Of a stretch of 64,000 nt of DNA, positions 11,501 to 19,970 are shown piece by piece. This stretch comes from a candidate division WOR-3 bacterium (GTDB lineage: Bacteria; Hydrothermota; Tepidihabitantia; SM23-42; CAYGYG01). The notes beneath the pieces were generated by a model. The model was not told where the DNA came from. It saw nothing but the letters and a program-made list of their open reading frames with translations, and did not search any database. The position numbers were made by a program, and so were the translations under genes. The DNA lies in contig CBFGIV010000001.1 in NCBI GenBank assembly GCA_965648915.1, forward strand, positions 130,779 through 194,778, read 5' to 3'. The stretch's first letter is position 1. Every line of letters begins with the position of its first letter.

Positions 11501-11715
11501 TTATTATCGATATTGTACCAGAGGAATTTAAACTTTAAGGATTCGAGCAGGGTTGATACGAGGGTTGTCTTGCCATAACCTGGGCCGGCACAGAGCAAAA
11601 TTAATTTTTTACTGATGTTCTTACTTATCGGATCGAGGAGCCGGGTTCGATAGAGAACAGATTCGGGGAAGCGGGGAGGTAGAAATTTTGTATTTAAAAC
11701 CAGACTCTTCAGCAA
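8509..11715 (-). CDS. MalT-like STAND ATPase/TPR regulator with C-terminal wHTH + BTAD (SARP) domain
   Basis: N-terminal TKFLPP..R.RL, Walker A AGPGYGKTT, DDYQH, YRYH.LF, a TPR array, and a C-terminal BTAD-like region (W.E..R..L...Y; LEPFYE..Y..L). Confidence 0.85.
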   Translation of the reverse strand: MLKSLVLNTKFLPPRFPESVLYRTRLLDPISKNISKKLILLCAGPGYGKTTLVSTLLESLKFKFLWYNIDNNDRELDIFLIHLIYGIKSRFSDFGEKTLAALEIGDPVKNFPLVITTFINEICAAIQEDFYIIFDDYQHVSRLGPINRLFEYLFDYLPSNIHIIMTTRDYPAFSLTRLRARGELYEIHTPELKFTLEETIDFYRGRIPIEELRGAWEYFEGWITGIQFFIHLPNHKKIIPSHLTEETVFDYFATEVLAQQPVPIQNFLVNTSILDWLSPDVCNHILKINNSAEYLNYLVTKNLFIEELINKQKVYRYHRLFKEFLTKQLQKEGPEVIKSLNRDAAKFFEKNRDLTNAIMYYLEAGELKTAASIIIKNYHRDMVTRGWSGHLTKWLNKFPREFIESDPWLLFIKGSILMETGYWDESFDHYYKAQRLFTFKNHRLGMSISNYRLSILFKRRGDQKQALRFSRKALNLVPGKEKELKALIINSIGALDLTRGRYRGLARRFNKAYLLVRGENSRPEAIILTNLGLISQITGDLDRAREYYQRAIMIGEKAVLPGISIIYNNLATIKMLTGEFEEARKLLEKSRSTAQNYGDQRALLTTLIAWSEFYLLQNESKNFETSINEAITLNQNLREKEAEKLIDLLLGRYYLKSGDNYNAHRCYTRARDTGSGFILVQALLGLGVIEMTIHHFKKAHALFLQGVEITKKLGMKYFITDALLHLAKLGHRINKSESVRKYLSQALNLARQKGYEFLVLNHFQDNGFYLIIEAIKSRICPEYIHQILKRSKIEIIMNLIKVNNPQVQNTARKIFTRIALQRGYYLKIDTSETLKILIAPDYEIPVKWHSQKQKSLFAYLITHPGLHHQEKLAEYFWPSSSPNRSLANLRSSITHLNAQFNFCPRLINRIGQNYGINEKYPMRVDCLEFQNLCNEAKILEKSNIEEAIKKYESTLNAYPANFLNDNFDNWAEDLRSHLKRLYHSLLTNLVDYHSKTGDYHEAVRYLLEIIALEPFYEENYHRLFKLYARIGDLKSIREKYHQMQATFLKELKRAPSTKTTELVRTLTE

Positions 11716-11732
11716 TGATTACTCCTAATTAA

Positions 11733-11833
11733 AATATAGCACAAGAATCAAGTTTGTCAAGATAATAAAAGATCCTGCGCCTAAAATGTTAAAATTTTTA
11801 AGGCATTGACATACTCGAAATTATGAATAGAAT
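11733..11833. promoter_or_regulatory. Divergent sigma70-type promoter pair
   Basis: Minus strand: TTGACA(11760-11755)-16-TATATT. Plus strand: TTGACA(11806-11811)-16-TAGAAT. Confidence 0.6.
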
Positions 11834-11910
11834 CATAAAATTTTTGTGATGTATAACCCTGTGCTGAAATTATGCCTTAAGTAAAAAGACTACAAAGTAA
11901 AGGAGGTCTT

Positions 11911-13029
11911 ATGCCTGAAGAGTTTGTGGAAGTAAAAAGAGTTGGTTATGGCTCGAAGATAATAAAATCGATTATTGCAATACCGATTGGCATCATTATG
12001 TTTATTGTCTCTTTTGTTGTTCTCTGGACAAATGAGGGCCGGGTAAATATTGGGAAGGTTGTCGAGACTGCGGTGGTCCTCAATTCTGGCCAAGATTTAA
12101 CTCTGGCTGAAGGAAAAATGGTTTCAGTCACCGGCATGATCGAAACTTCAACACCGATTGGTGATCCTGAATACCTGAAACCCGATCGATATGTTATGCT
12201 CAAAAGAGAGGTTGAGATGTTCGCCTGGGTTGAGGAAAAAGAGACAAGCACGGAGAAGAAGACCGGTGGCGCTACCGAAGAGAAGACGGTCTATCGTTAC
12301 AAAAAGGCGTGGACGGCAAATCCCGAACCGGCCAGTGAATTCAAATATCCTGAAGGGCATGAAAATCCTCCCCTGATTGTAAAAAGCACTGAGTTTTATA
12401 GTCCTGAGGCCAGGATCGGGATTTATGCTTTTGAGGCCCGATCTGCAGGACTGCCGGACCCCGACCCGATCTTATTGACGAATGAAAATGTAATCCTCCC
12501 CGCAAATGGTCAGTTGATTGGTAATGAATATATCTATTTGGGGAAAGGTTCCTATGCCGAACCCCAGGTCGGAGATATACGAATCAGTTTTGCCGGGATC
12601 CGCTCGGGATTGAACGTAACCCTTTTTGGTAAAAAAGAAGGGATGAATATTGTCCCCTATCTCCATAAAGGTAAGAATCGAATCTATCGCGCATTGAGTG
12701 GAACCCGGGATGAAGCGATTGCCCAGCTCAAAATGGAGCATAAGGTTATGGGCTGGATCTTAAGGGTTGTCGGATTTCTTTTGATGTGGATTGGATTGAC
12801 AATGGTTTTCGCACCGATCAGCACCGTGCTTGATGTTTTACCTTTCCTGGGTGGTATCAGTCGTGGTCTTATCGGTATCGCAACTTTTATTGTTGCACTT
12901 GTCCTTTCGCTTGTTACAATTGTGATCGCAATGATTTTCCATAATCTGATTTCATTGATTATCTTTATTCTCCTGGTGGTTGTTTTAATCATTTTATTGT
13001 CAAAGAGAAAAAAGGTTGTAACCGGGTAA
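11911..13029 (+). CDS. TMEM43 (LUMA/DUF1625) family membrane protein
   Basis: N-terminal TM followed by LWTNEGR, L.REVEM.AW.E, P.VGDIRISF, and three C-terminal TMs (W.LR..GF.LM.IGL). Confidence 0.8.
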   Translation: MPEEFVEVKRVGYGSKIIKSIIAIPIGIIMFIVSFVVLWTNEGRVNIGKVVETAVVLNSGQDLTLAEGKMVSVTGMIETSTPIGDPEYLKPDRYVMLKREVEMFAWVEEKETSTEKKTGGATEEKTVYRYKKAWTANPEPASEFKYPEGHENPPLIVKSTEFYSPEARIGIYAFEARSAGLPDPDPILLTNENVILPANGQLIGNEYIYLGKGSYAEPQVGDIRISFAGIRSGLNVTLFGKKEGMNIVPYLHKGKNRIYRALSGTRDEAIAQLKMEHKVMGWILRVVGFLLMWIGLTMVFAPISTVLDVLPFLGGISRGLIGIATFIVALVLSLVTIVIAMIFHNLISLIIFILLVVVLIILLSKRKKVVTG

Positions 13030-13062
13030 GATCTTAAGGAGGAACAGGAGTTTCAAAAAAGA

Positions 13063-15042
13063 TTATTTCTGTGCTGAAGTCAGCAGGTTTTTTAATTCCG
13101 GGCTCGGCGATTGCCCGAGATCGACTACGATCCGGGCATCACGCCGGGCTTTATCGTAATCACCCTTTTTTAAATAAGCCACCCCGCGGTTATTATAAGC
13201 AACTGCCAAGTAAGGGTCGCACCGGAGTGCTCGATTGTAATCGGCGATTGCCTGATCATAATCACCTCTGGCTTGATAGCAGAGTCCACGATTGTTATAG
13301 ATGATTGCCTGATTGGGTTCTATCTTGAGCGCTTCGTTATAATCGTTGATTGCCTGTTCATAATCACCCTTGCTGTAGTATGCCAGTGCCCGATTGTTAT
13401 AAGTCTTAAAATAACCCGGATCGATTTCAAGGGCAGTGTTATAATCCATAATCGCCTGGTCATATCTTTTTAAACTGAAATAGACCAGCCCTCGATTGTT
13501 ATAAGCCTTGGGATTATTCGGCTCGATTTCGATGGCGGAGTCGAAATCAGCAAGGGCGGAATCGAGTTTGCCCTGACTGTAATAGGCAAGGCCTCGATTA
13601 TTATATGCTTTGGCATATGAAGGATCGATCTCCAAACTTATACTATAGTCAGCAATTGCTTGAGTAAAATTGCCCATTGCCTGATAGATAAGGCCGCGAT
13701 TGTTATAGGCAAGACCATATCCCGGGTCGATCTCGATGGCTTTATTTAAATCACTCAATGCCTGCTGATAATTCCCTCTTGTGAAATAAGCCAGCCCCCG
13801 GTTATTATAAGCCAGGGGAATTGCTGGATACTTTTCTAATGCGTCACTCCATAGTGTTATACTATCCCGCCATACTTTACACCTCTGCCTGGTTATCAGG
13901 GAAAATAACAGAATTAGAATGACCGATATGCCAATTGAGAGATTTCTAACCAATTTTGAACTGCTGAACTTTTTGTAATTAAACCAGGTTAGGAGTTCAG
14001 TAAATAGATAAAATATTCCAACTGAAGCGATGTAGGTGTACCGTTCAGCAATTGCCTGTCCGACCGGGACGATCTGCAAAACTGGGAGAAGGGTTATTAC
14101 AAAAAAGGTCACACCAAATATCAACTTCCGAGATCTTCTGGCTAATAGGACGATAAGGCTGACAATTAGGATTATGGCAATTAGAGGTAGAAGATGGATA
14201 GCTGAAGAAGGTCTAAGATATTCTTCGGGCAGGGGATAGATGCTGGAGAGTTTAAGAGGGAAGATGGTCTTTGATAGATAGAAGATGATGCTATGACTTG
14301 CAACCAGCAGATTCTCAATTATGGTAAATGCACCTTCGTGCGAAACGGCCCCGGCTGAGGCTTGCGAGAAGATAGCGATAATTAAAAAAATACCGGTGAG
14401 GGCAAAAAATGGGATTTTTTCTATCCAGACCCCCTGGTCAAACTTTCGGTTCTGGAAATAATCGAAAATGATCAGGGTCAGGGGTAAGGTTACTGCCATC
14501 GACTTAGAAAGCAGTGAGAGGACAAAAAAGATCAAGGAGAGGTAGAAGAATTTTTTCTGAGCTCGGTTACGAAAGTAGATGTAAAGAATCAATGAACCGA
14601 TATAAAAGAAAGAATATAAGACATCCTTTCTCTCAGAGACCCAAGCAACCGACTCAACCCTTAAAGGATGGATAGCAAATAATAGAGCCGTTATCAAAGC
14701 AATCCACCTTTTTTGGACCAGGGTCTGGAAGAGCCAGAAGATCAAGAGGGAGTTAAGGATGTGGAAGATCAGATTGGTCAGATGGTAGGGGAAGGGATTT
14801 AACTTAAATAGTTTATATTCAATTGAATAAGAGATGATGGTCAGGGGTAGATAAGAACCGACATAGAATGAGGTAAAGGCTTTAAATATGTTTTTTAGGG
14901 AGAGATTCTTGATGTGAACATTTTCAGTAACATAACGGTCATCATCCCAGTTGGTAAAACCATTTTTAAGGGTCGGAGAAAAGATAACCCCAGTAATGAT
15001 GATAATTATCAACGCGGGGATGAGGTTCTTGATTCGGGCCAT
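13063..15042 (-). CDS. TMTC-like GT-C membrane glycosyltransferase with C-terminal TPR array
   Basis: NWDD, FAIHPLRVESVAWVSERKD and ERYTY motifs; multiple TMs; seven AYNNRG-type TPRs. Confidence 0.85.
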   Translation of the reverse strand: MARIKNLIPALIIIIITGVIFSPTLKNGFTNWDDDRYVTENVHIKNLSLKNIFKAFTSFYVGSYLPLTIISYSIEYKLFKLNPFPYHLTNLIFHILNSLLIFWLFQTLVQKRWIALITALLFAIHPLRVESVAWVSERKDVLYSFFYIGSLILYIYFRNRAQKKFFYLSLIFFVLSLLSKSMAVTLPLTLIIFDYFQNRKFDQGVWIEKIPFFALTGIFLIIAIFSQASAGAVSHEGAFTIIENLLVASHSIIFYLSKTIFPLKLSSIYPLPEEYLRPSSAIHLLPLIAIILIVSLIVLLARRSRKLIFGVTFFVITLLPVLQIVPVGQAIAERYTYIASVGIFYLFTELLTWFNYKKFSSSKLVRNLSIGISVILILLFSLITRQRCKVWRDSITLWSDALEKYPAIPLAYNNRGLAYFTRGNYQQALSDLNKAIEIDPGYGLAYNNRGLIYQAMGNFTQAIADYSISLEIDPSYAKAYNNRGLAYYSQGKLDSALADFDSAIEIEPNNPKAYNNRGLVYFSLKRYDQAIMDYNTALEIDPGYFKTYNNRALAYYSKGDYEQAINDYNEALKIEPNQAIIYNNRGLCYQARGDYDQAIADYNRALRCDPYLAVAYNNRGVAYLKKGDYDKARRDARIVVDLGQSPSPELKNLLTSAQK

Positions 15043-15085
15043 CTAAAATATATTAGGGTAAAAAATTAAAAAGTCAATGTTTTAA

Positions 15086-15114
15086 TTGACAATGATGAAC
15101 TAAACAAATATAAT
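15086..15114 (+). promoter_or_regulatory. Consensus sigma70 promoter for the tRNA-Ser pair (and probably gltX)
   Basis: TTGACA-17 nt-TATAAT, a perfect consensus. Confidence 0.8.
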
Positions 15115-15122
15115 GGACGGTT

Positions 15123-15205
15123 GGAGAGCTATCCTAACTGGTAAGGAGCCTGACTTGAAATCAGGTGCCCTTCGGGGCATGGGGGTTCGAGTCCCTCGCT
15201 CTCCG
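15123..15205 (+). tRNA. tRNA-Ser(UGA), CCA not encoded
   Basis: Acceptor stem GGAGAGC/GCTCTCC+G, anticodon arm CCTGA-CTTGAAA-TCAGG, long variable arm TGCCCTTCGGGGCA, T-loop TTCGAGT. Confidence 0.95.
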
Positions 15206-15228
15206 TCTCCTTAATTAAAATGTACTCA

Positions 15229-15317
15229 GGAGAGGTGGCCGAGCGGTCTAAGGCACCCGCTTGCTAAGCGGTTTCCCGCCGAAAGGTGGGACGGGAGTTC
15301 GAATCTCCCCCTCTCCG
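15229..15317 (+). tRNA. tRNA-Ser(GCU), CCA not encoded
   Basis: Acceptor stem GGAGAGG/CCTCTCC+G, anticodon arm CCGC-TTGCTAA-GCGG, long variable arm, T-loop TTCGAAT. Confidence 0.95.
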
Positions 15318-15379
15318 TTGGCTTTCAATATTTAGCCCGGACCAACTGATTAGCACCTTGAAAGATTAATAATTTACTT

Positions 15380-16816
15380 ATGAATAACCAGTCATCTATC
15401 AGAGTTCGAATGGCGCCAAGCCCGACCGGTTTTTTCCACATCGGCTCGGCCCGCACCGCCCTTTATAACTGGCTTTTTGCAAAACATACTAATGGCACAT
15501 TTATTCTCCGCGTGGAAGATACCGATGTAAAACGCTCATCCGGTGATATGATCGGGGTCATCCTTGAAGGTATGAAATGGCTCGGCCTTGACTGGGCCGA
15601 GATTTACTATCAGTCCGAGAGACTGTTGATCTACGAACGCTATGCATCAGAATTACTGGAGAGCGGTCAGGCATATTATTGCTACTGCAATCCTGAGGCA
15701 TTGGCCCGGGAGAGGGCCGAAGCCTACCGGCAGAAGATAAACTGGCAATATGATCGGAGGTGCCTCAGGCTATCAGCAGAGGAGCGTGCATTGAGAGAAA
15801 AGGCTCAGGCACCTCGGGCAATTAGATTTTTAGTGCCGGATCACCCGGTGGAATTTAAGGATATTGTATATGGGAATATCAGACGTGAGGCAAAGGACAT
15901 CGAGGATTTTGTCATAATGAGGCCTGACCACACGCCGACTTATAATTTTGCCTGCGTCGTTGATGATCATGAAATGGGGATTTCCCATGTCGTTCGTGGC
16001 ACCGAACATACTAATAATACACCAAAACAGATCCTGCTTTACAATGCCTTTGGCTGGCAGATTCCTTGGTTTGCTCACCTGCCTCTGATCCTGGGTAAGG
16101 ACCGGAGCAAACTCTCCAAGCGTCATGGTGCGGTTTCAATCCTTGAATATAAGGAAGAAGGATTTTTACCCGATGCGCTGTTCAATTATATTGCCCTTTT
16201 AGGCTGGTCACCGGGTGATAACCGGGAAATTTTAAGCCGGGAAGAGTTGATCCAGAATTTTACCCTGGAGAGGATCAATCCGGCCAATGCAATTTTTGAT
16301 ATTGAGAAACTGAAATGGATGAATCAACAATATCTCCTCAAGCGATCAAAAGGAGAATTATTTGAACTGCTGAAACCCTATATTGTCAATTTAGGTTTTA
16401 TGACCGATGATGAGATTGTCCGGGATCAGGATAGGGTCCGGGCAATCTGTGATCAGATGCAGCCGAGGCTCAAGGTGCTTAGTGATATTAAAAAAGCCGA
16501 CTATTTTTTTATCGATAATTTTTCTTACGAAGAGGAGGTAATAAAGAAGTATCGCAATGAAAAGGCCTTTGGTCTTCTGGAAAGATATCGAGAATTCTTA
16601 AGGAATACGGCCGGGTCAGAATTTAAGTCGAAAGCGATTGAAGTGGAGATGAGAAGATTTGCCGAGGCGAATGGTATAAAACTCAGAGAGATTGTCCATC
16701 CGGTAAGGGCGGCAATTACCGGCTCGGAAGGTGGACCAGGGCTATTTGAGATTATGGAAATTTTAGGTCGGGACAAGGTTGTTCAACGGATCGATCGATG
16801 GCTAAAGAGGACTTGA
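15380..16816 (+). CDS. gltX: Glutamate--tRNA ligase
   Basis: RMAPSPTGFFHIGS (HIGH motif), LRVEDTD, PTYNFA.VVDD and KLSKR. Confidence 0.97.
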   Translation: MNNQSSIRVRMAPSPTGFFHIGSARTALYNWLFAKHTNGTFILRVEDTDVKRSSGDMIGVILEGMKWLGLDWAEIYYQSERLLIYERYASELLESGQAYYCYCNPEALARERAEAYRQKINWQYDRRCLRLSAEERALREKAQAPRAIRFLVPDHPVEFKDIVYGNIRREAKDIEDFVIMRPDHTPTYNFACVVDDHEMGISHVVRGTEHTNNTPKQILLYNAFGWQIPWFAHLPLILGKDRSKLSKRHGAVSILEYKEEGFLPDALFNYIALLGWSPGDNREILSREELIQNFTLERINPANAIFDIEKLKWMNQQYLLKRSKGELFELLKPYIVNLGFMTDDEIVRDQDRVRAICDQMQPRLKVLSDIKKADYFFIDNFSYEEEVIKKYRNEKAFGLLERYREFLRNTAGSEFKSKAIEVEMRRFAEANGIKLREIVHPVRAAITGSEGGPGLFEIMEILGRDKVVQRIDRWLKRT

Positions 16817-17358
16817 TCGAGTGTTTTATAAATCCCCCTGCCTTTACCGCAATTGTCACTTCGGTCGTTGAAGTTTATGCCAAAGAGACAATCGGTTTTC
16901 TGGTCGGTGTCCGGGGCGAAAATAAGTTTATTATTGAATATGCAATTCCCTATCAAACAGCCGATGTTGGTTATACCCATGCCGAGGTTGACTGGAAGAG
17001 GGCAGAAAGAGTGAATGAGGTTTTAAAATTAGTTGGTGAAGGTCTGGAATTTATTGGTGACTTTCATTCTCATACACAATTTGGTCAGTCTCTGGCTGAT
17101 ATTAAACCTTCACCGACCGACCTGATTTCGACCAAGGAGGGCGAGATCTATTTAATCATTGCCGTCAATCGCCGGAAAAGGGCTCAGCCCTGGCGGGAAC
17201 ATCCGGACCGGACGATATCGGGGACGATTCGCGATTATCACATCAAGATCGGTGGCTATACAGTAATTAAGATGGGTTTTAAGAGTTATCGAAAAGTCAA
17301 GATTAGATGCCCGGCAGTCACCGGTCTGACCTGTAAAGATAATGTGAAGCAGAGATAG
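16798..17358 (+). CDS. JAB/MPN+ (Mov34) domain metalloisopeptidase-like protein
   Basis: KETIGFLVG ... GDFHSH ... PSPTD fits the E...HxH...SxxD JAMM motif. Confidence 0.8.
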   Translation: MAKEDLIECFINPPAFTAIVTSVVEVYAKETIGFLVGVRGENKFIIEYAIPYQTADVGYTHAEVDWKRAERVNEVLKLVGEGLEFIGDFHSHTQFGQSLADIKPSPTDLISTKEGEIYLIIAVNRRKRAQPWREHPDRTISGTIRDYHIKIGGYTVIKMGFKSYRKVKIRCPAVTGLTCKDNVKQR

Positions 17359-17373
17359 TATGGATGAGTGGGA

Positions 17374-18669
17374 TTATATTTTTCGTTTTGCTAAGGCGAC
17401 CGTCTTTTTTGCCCGAGTAGTTCTATTTTCGTATTTATATTCCATAAAGATAATATAGATACCAACAGGAGTGATGCGGTTTGATTGATCGGTGCCGTTC
17501 CAGAAGATTGTCCCGTGGTCATTATATACCCGTTGATGGTTGATCAGGTCCTTTACCTTTATTCCCCGGCCATCATAGATTGAGATAGTGAGATCCCCAT
17601 TCGGACCGGGGAGGCGATAATCGATCTGGGCGAGATCATCGATTCCATCTCCGTCAGGCGAGAAGGGTGATGGATAGACACCGATCGATCCCGCCTTGCC
17701 GACAACCCAGAAGGATTTGAATGCCTGATTGTTGGATGTATCTTTATCGAGGGTGAAAAGAATTCGGGCACCGATCCAGTGTTCGCCCCGGGATGGTTTT
17801 TGATAGACGGTTTTTAATGTGCTCTTCATAAGGGGCGGAATCTTATCTCCGGTCAATTCTGAAATCATCTCGCCCGGGTTGAGGAGAGAATCTCTATTTT
17901 TATCAGCAAATACCTGTAATTTCCAGTCATCACACAACTTTAATCCAAGATTGGTGATAGTAACTTGAATTTCGACATCTTCACCGAACTCGGCGGTGGC
18001 CGGTCGGAATGTAATCATTTTTGAATCAATCATCAGGTCGAAAGATTTTGCTACCGAATTTTCCTTTCCCGGGGTTGAGCCGGAAGAATCCAGGGAAGGC
18101 CACCAGTTATTTATGCTATCGGGTTGATCAATTTCAACCCTTTCAAGTGATATGCCATCACCGGGATCGAAGGGGATTGTATCGCTCGGGTTATAAGGTG
18201 TGCCAAAGGATGTGGTGCAGGCGAGGTCTGCCGAATAGATGATGATCGGGTCTTTGCTGCTGAGGCCATCGCAGATCGTATGATCATCAGTGGTGACGAT
18301 TAATGTGCCGTCCGGAATTTGATAGGGCTGTAGATACTGACCGGTATCGGGCCGGGTGTAGTCGCGATCGAGGATCAGAGCAAAAGTCTGAGGGTAAAAT
18401 TTAGTGTCTCCAATACGGATATTGGGATACTTTATAAGGATGGTGGAATCGGTCCAGGGATAGATTTCATCGGCCCGGGCCGGGTCAAAATCATAGATAT
18501 AATAGTTCCGCAGGTCGATTGTGTCGTTTAAGATATTAAAAATTTCCACAAACTCATTCCGTTCTCCGGGTAGACCGCTGTCGCTCCCTTTGACATTTGC
18601 CAGCACCTCGGTAATGACCAGCGGTGAACTATTAAATATGTTTAAAATTAATAAATAGATCCCTACCAC
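17374..18669 (-). CDS. Secreted lamin-tail-domain + CARDB-like protein with C-terminal sorting domain
   Basis: VITEV.....NEFVEIFN and SLER...STPG.ENS (LTD); PFSPDGDGIDD...IYDGRG...WNG (gliding-motility/FlgD-type CTD). Confidence 0.7.
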   Translation of the reverse strand: MVGIYLLILNIFNSSPLVITEVLANVKGSDSGLPGERNEFVEIFNILNDTIDLRNYYIYDFDPARADEIYPWTDSTILIKYPNIRIGDTKFYPQTFALILDRDYTRPDTGQYLQPYQIPDGTLIVTTDDHTICDGLSSKDPIIIYSADLACTTSFGTPYNPSDTIPFDPGDGISLERVEIDQPDSINNWWPSLDSSGSTPGKENSVAKSFDLMIDSKMITFRPATAEFGEDVEIQVTITNLGLKLCDDWKLQVFADKNRDSLLNPGEMISELTGDKIPPLMKSTLKTVYQKPSRGEHWIGARILFTLDKDTSNNQAFKSFWVVGKAGSIGVYPSPFSPDGDGIDDLAQIDYRLPGPNGDLTISIYDGRGIKVKDLINHQRVYNDHGTIFWNGTDQSNRITPVGIYIIFMEYKYENRTTRAKKTVALAKRKI

Positions 18670-18736
18670 AACACAAATATAATTGAAAGCATAAAAAAAT
18701 CAAGCAGAATATACAGATGGAGTCTATAATCTTCTC

Positions 18737-18765
18737 TTGACTCTACTGGAGACTTAGCATATTAT
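18737..18765 (+). promoter_or_regulatory. Sigma70-type promoter for hutI-ftcd (probably leaderless)
   Basis: TTGACT-17-TATTAT; ATG lies 5 nt downstream. Confidence 0.6.
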
Positions 18766-18770
18766 AAAGT

Positions 18771-19970
18771 ATGGTGGTTTTCATTAGGGAAGCTGGCCAG
18801 GTCCTGACGATGGAGGAAGGTCTCGGGGTTAAAGAGAATATTTCGATTCTGATTGAGGATGGAAAGATTTTGAAGATCGGGAAGATTAAACCACCATCAG
18901 AGGCAGTCATTATTGATGCCCGGGGCTGTCTGGTAATGCCCGGTTTAATTGATGCCCATACCCACCTGGTCTTTGCTGGCAGCCGAGCAGATGAGATGGT
19001 AATGCGTCTTCAAGGTATGTCCTATGCTGAGATTGCCGAACGAGGTGGTGGAATAATGCGCACGGTCCAGGCAACACGGAGGGCATCAGAAGAAGAATTA
19101 TATCAGCAAGCCCAGAAGAATCTATCAACCCTTCTTGCCCAGGGCACAACTACATTAGAGATCAAGAGTGGCTACGGCCTTTCGCTTAAGGACGAATTGA
19201 AGATACTGAAGGTTATCAGGAGACTGAAAGAAACAAACCAGGTTGATGTAGTTGCTACTTTTCTTGGCGCGCACGTGATTCCACCCGGCTGGAAACGGAA
19301 GAGGTATGTTGAGGCTATTGTTGAAGAGATGCTGCCAGCTGTGGCCCGCCAGGGCCTTGCCGATTTTTGTGATGTTTTTATGGAGGAAATCGCCTTTCAT
19401 AAAAAAGAGACTGAAGCGATATTTAAAACCGCCCGAAGCCTCGGTCTGGGGTTGAAGATCCATGCGGATGAATTGACGAACTGTAAGGGAGCAGAACTTG
19501 CAGGGAGATTTCGAACAACATCTGCTGACCATCTAATCTATACTGATCGTGAAGGGATTGATTGGTTAAAACGAGGGGGTGTTGTGCCTGTGCTTCTTCC
19601 CGGGACCGCACTTTTTTTAAAAATCAGAAAGAAGCCTGATATCCCCTATATGCTCAAGCGAAGATTACCGGTTACCATTGCCAGCGATTTTAATCCTGGA
19701 ACCTGTATGGTCAATTCGATGTTTTTGATTATAGGGCTGGCCTGTTTCCTGTATGATTTACCCTTAGAAGATGCACTGCTCGGAGCAACCATCAATGCTG
19801 CCCGGGCCTTAAGACTGGATCAGAAACTGGGAAGTTTGAAGGTTGGCAAGCAGGCAGATATCTTAATATTAGGCTTAAAAGATTACCGGGAGATACCTTA
19901 CCGTTTCGGTCACAATTTTATTAAATCGGTTATTAAGAAAGGAGTCGTCGTTTATGAGCAAGATCGTTGA
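18771..19970 (+). CDS. hutI: Imidazolonepropionase
   Basis: PGLIDAHTHLVFAGSR, GTTTLEIKSGYGL, HADEL, SADH and SDFNPG motifs. Confidence 0.95.
   Translation: MVVFIREAGQVLTMEEGLGVKENISILIEDGKILKIGKIKPPSEAVIIDARGCLVMPGLIDAHTHLVFAGSRADEMVMRLQGMSYAEIAERGGGIMRTVQATRRASEEELYQQAQKNLSTLLAQGTTTLEIKSGYGLSLKDELKILKVIRRLKETNQVDVVATFLGAHVIPPGWKRKRYVEAIVEEMLPAVARQGLADFCDVFMEEIAFHKKETEAIFKTARSLGLGLKIHADELTNCKGAELAGRFRTTSADHLIYTDREGIDWLKRGGVVPVLLPGTALFLKIRKKPDIPYMLKRRLPVTIASDFNPGTCMVNSMFLIIGLACFLYDLPLEDALLGATINAARALRLDQKLGSLKVGKQADILILGLKDYREIPYRFGHNFIKSVIKKGVVVYEQDR

Noticed and set aside
13170..13830. 102-bp periodic repeats; similar ~120-bp periodicity at 29150-30080
   Set aside because: Explained by TPR and PQQ-like protein repeats.
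15123..15205. Possible tRNA-Sec or suppressor tRNA because of 'TGA' and the long variable arm
   Set aside because: The anticodon is UGA (reads Ser UCA), not UCA; it has a normal 7-bp acceptor stem and G73.
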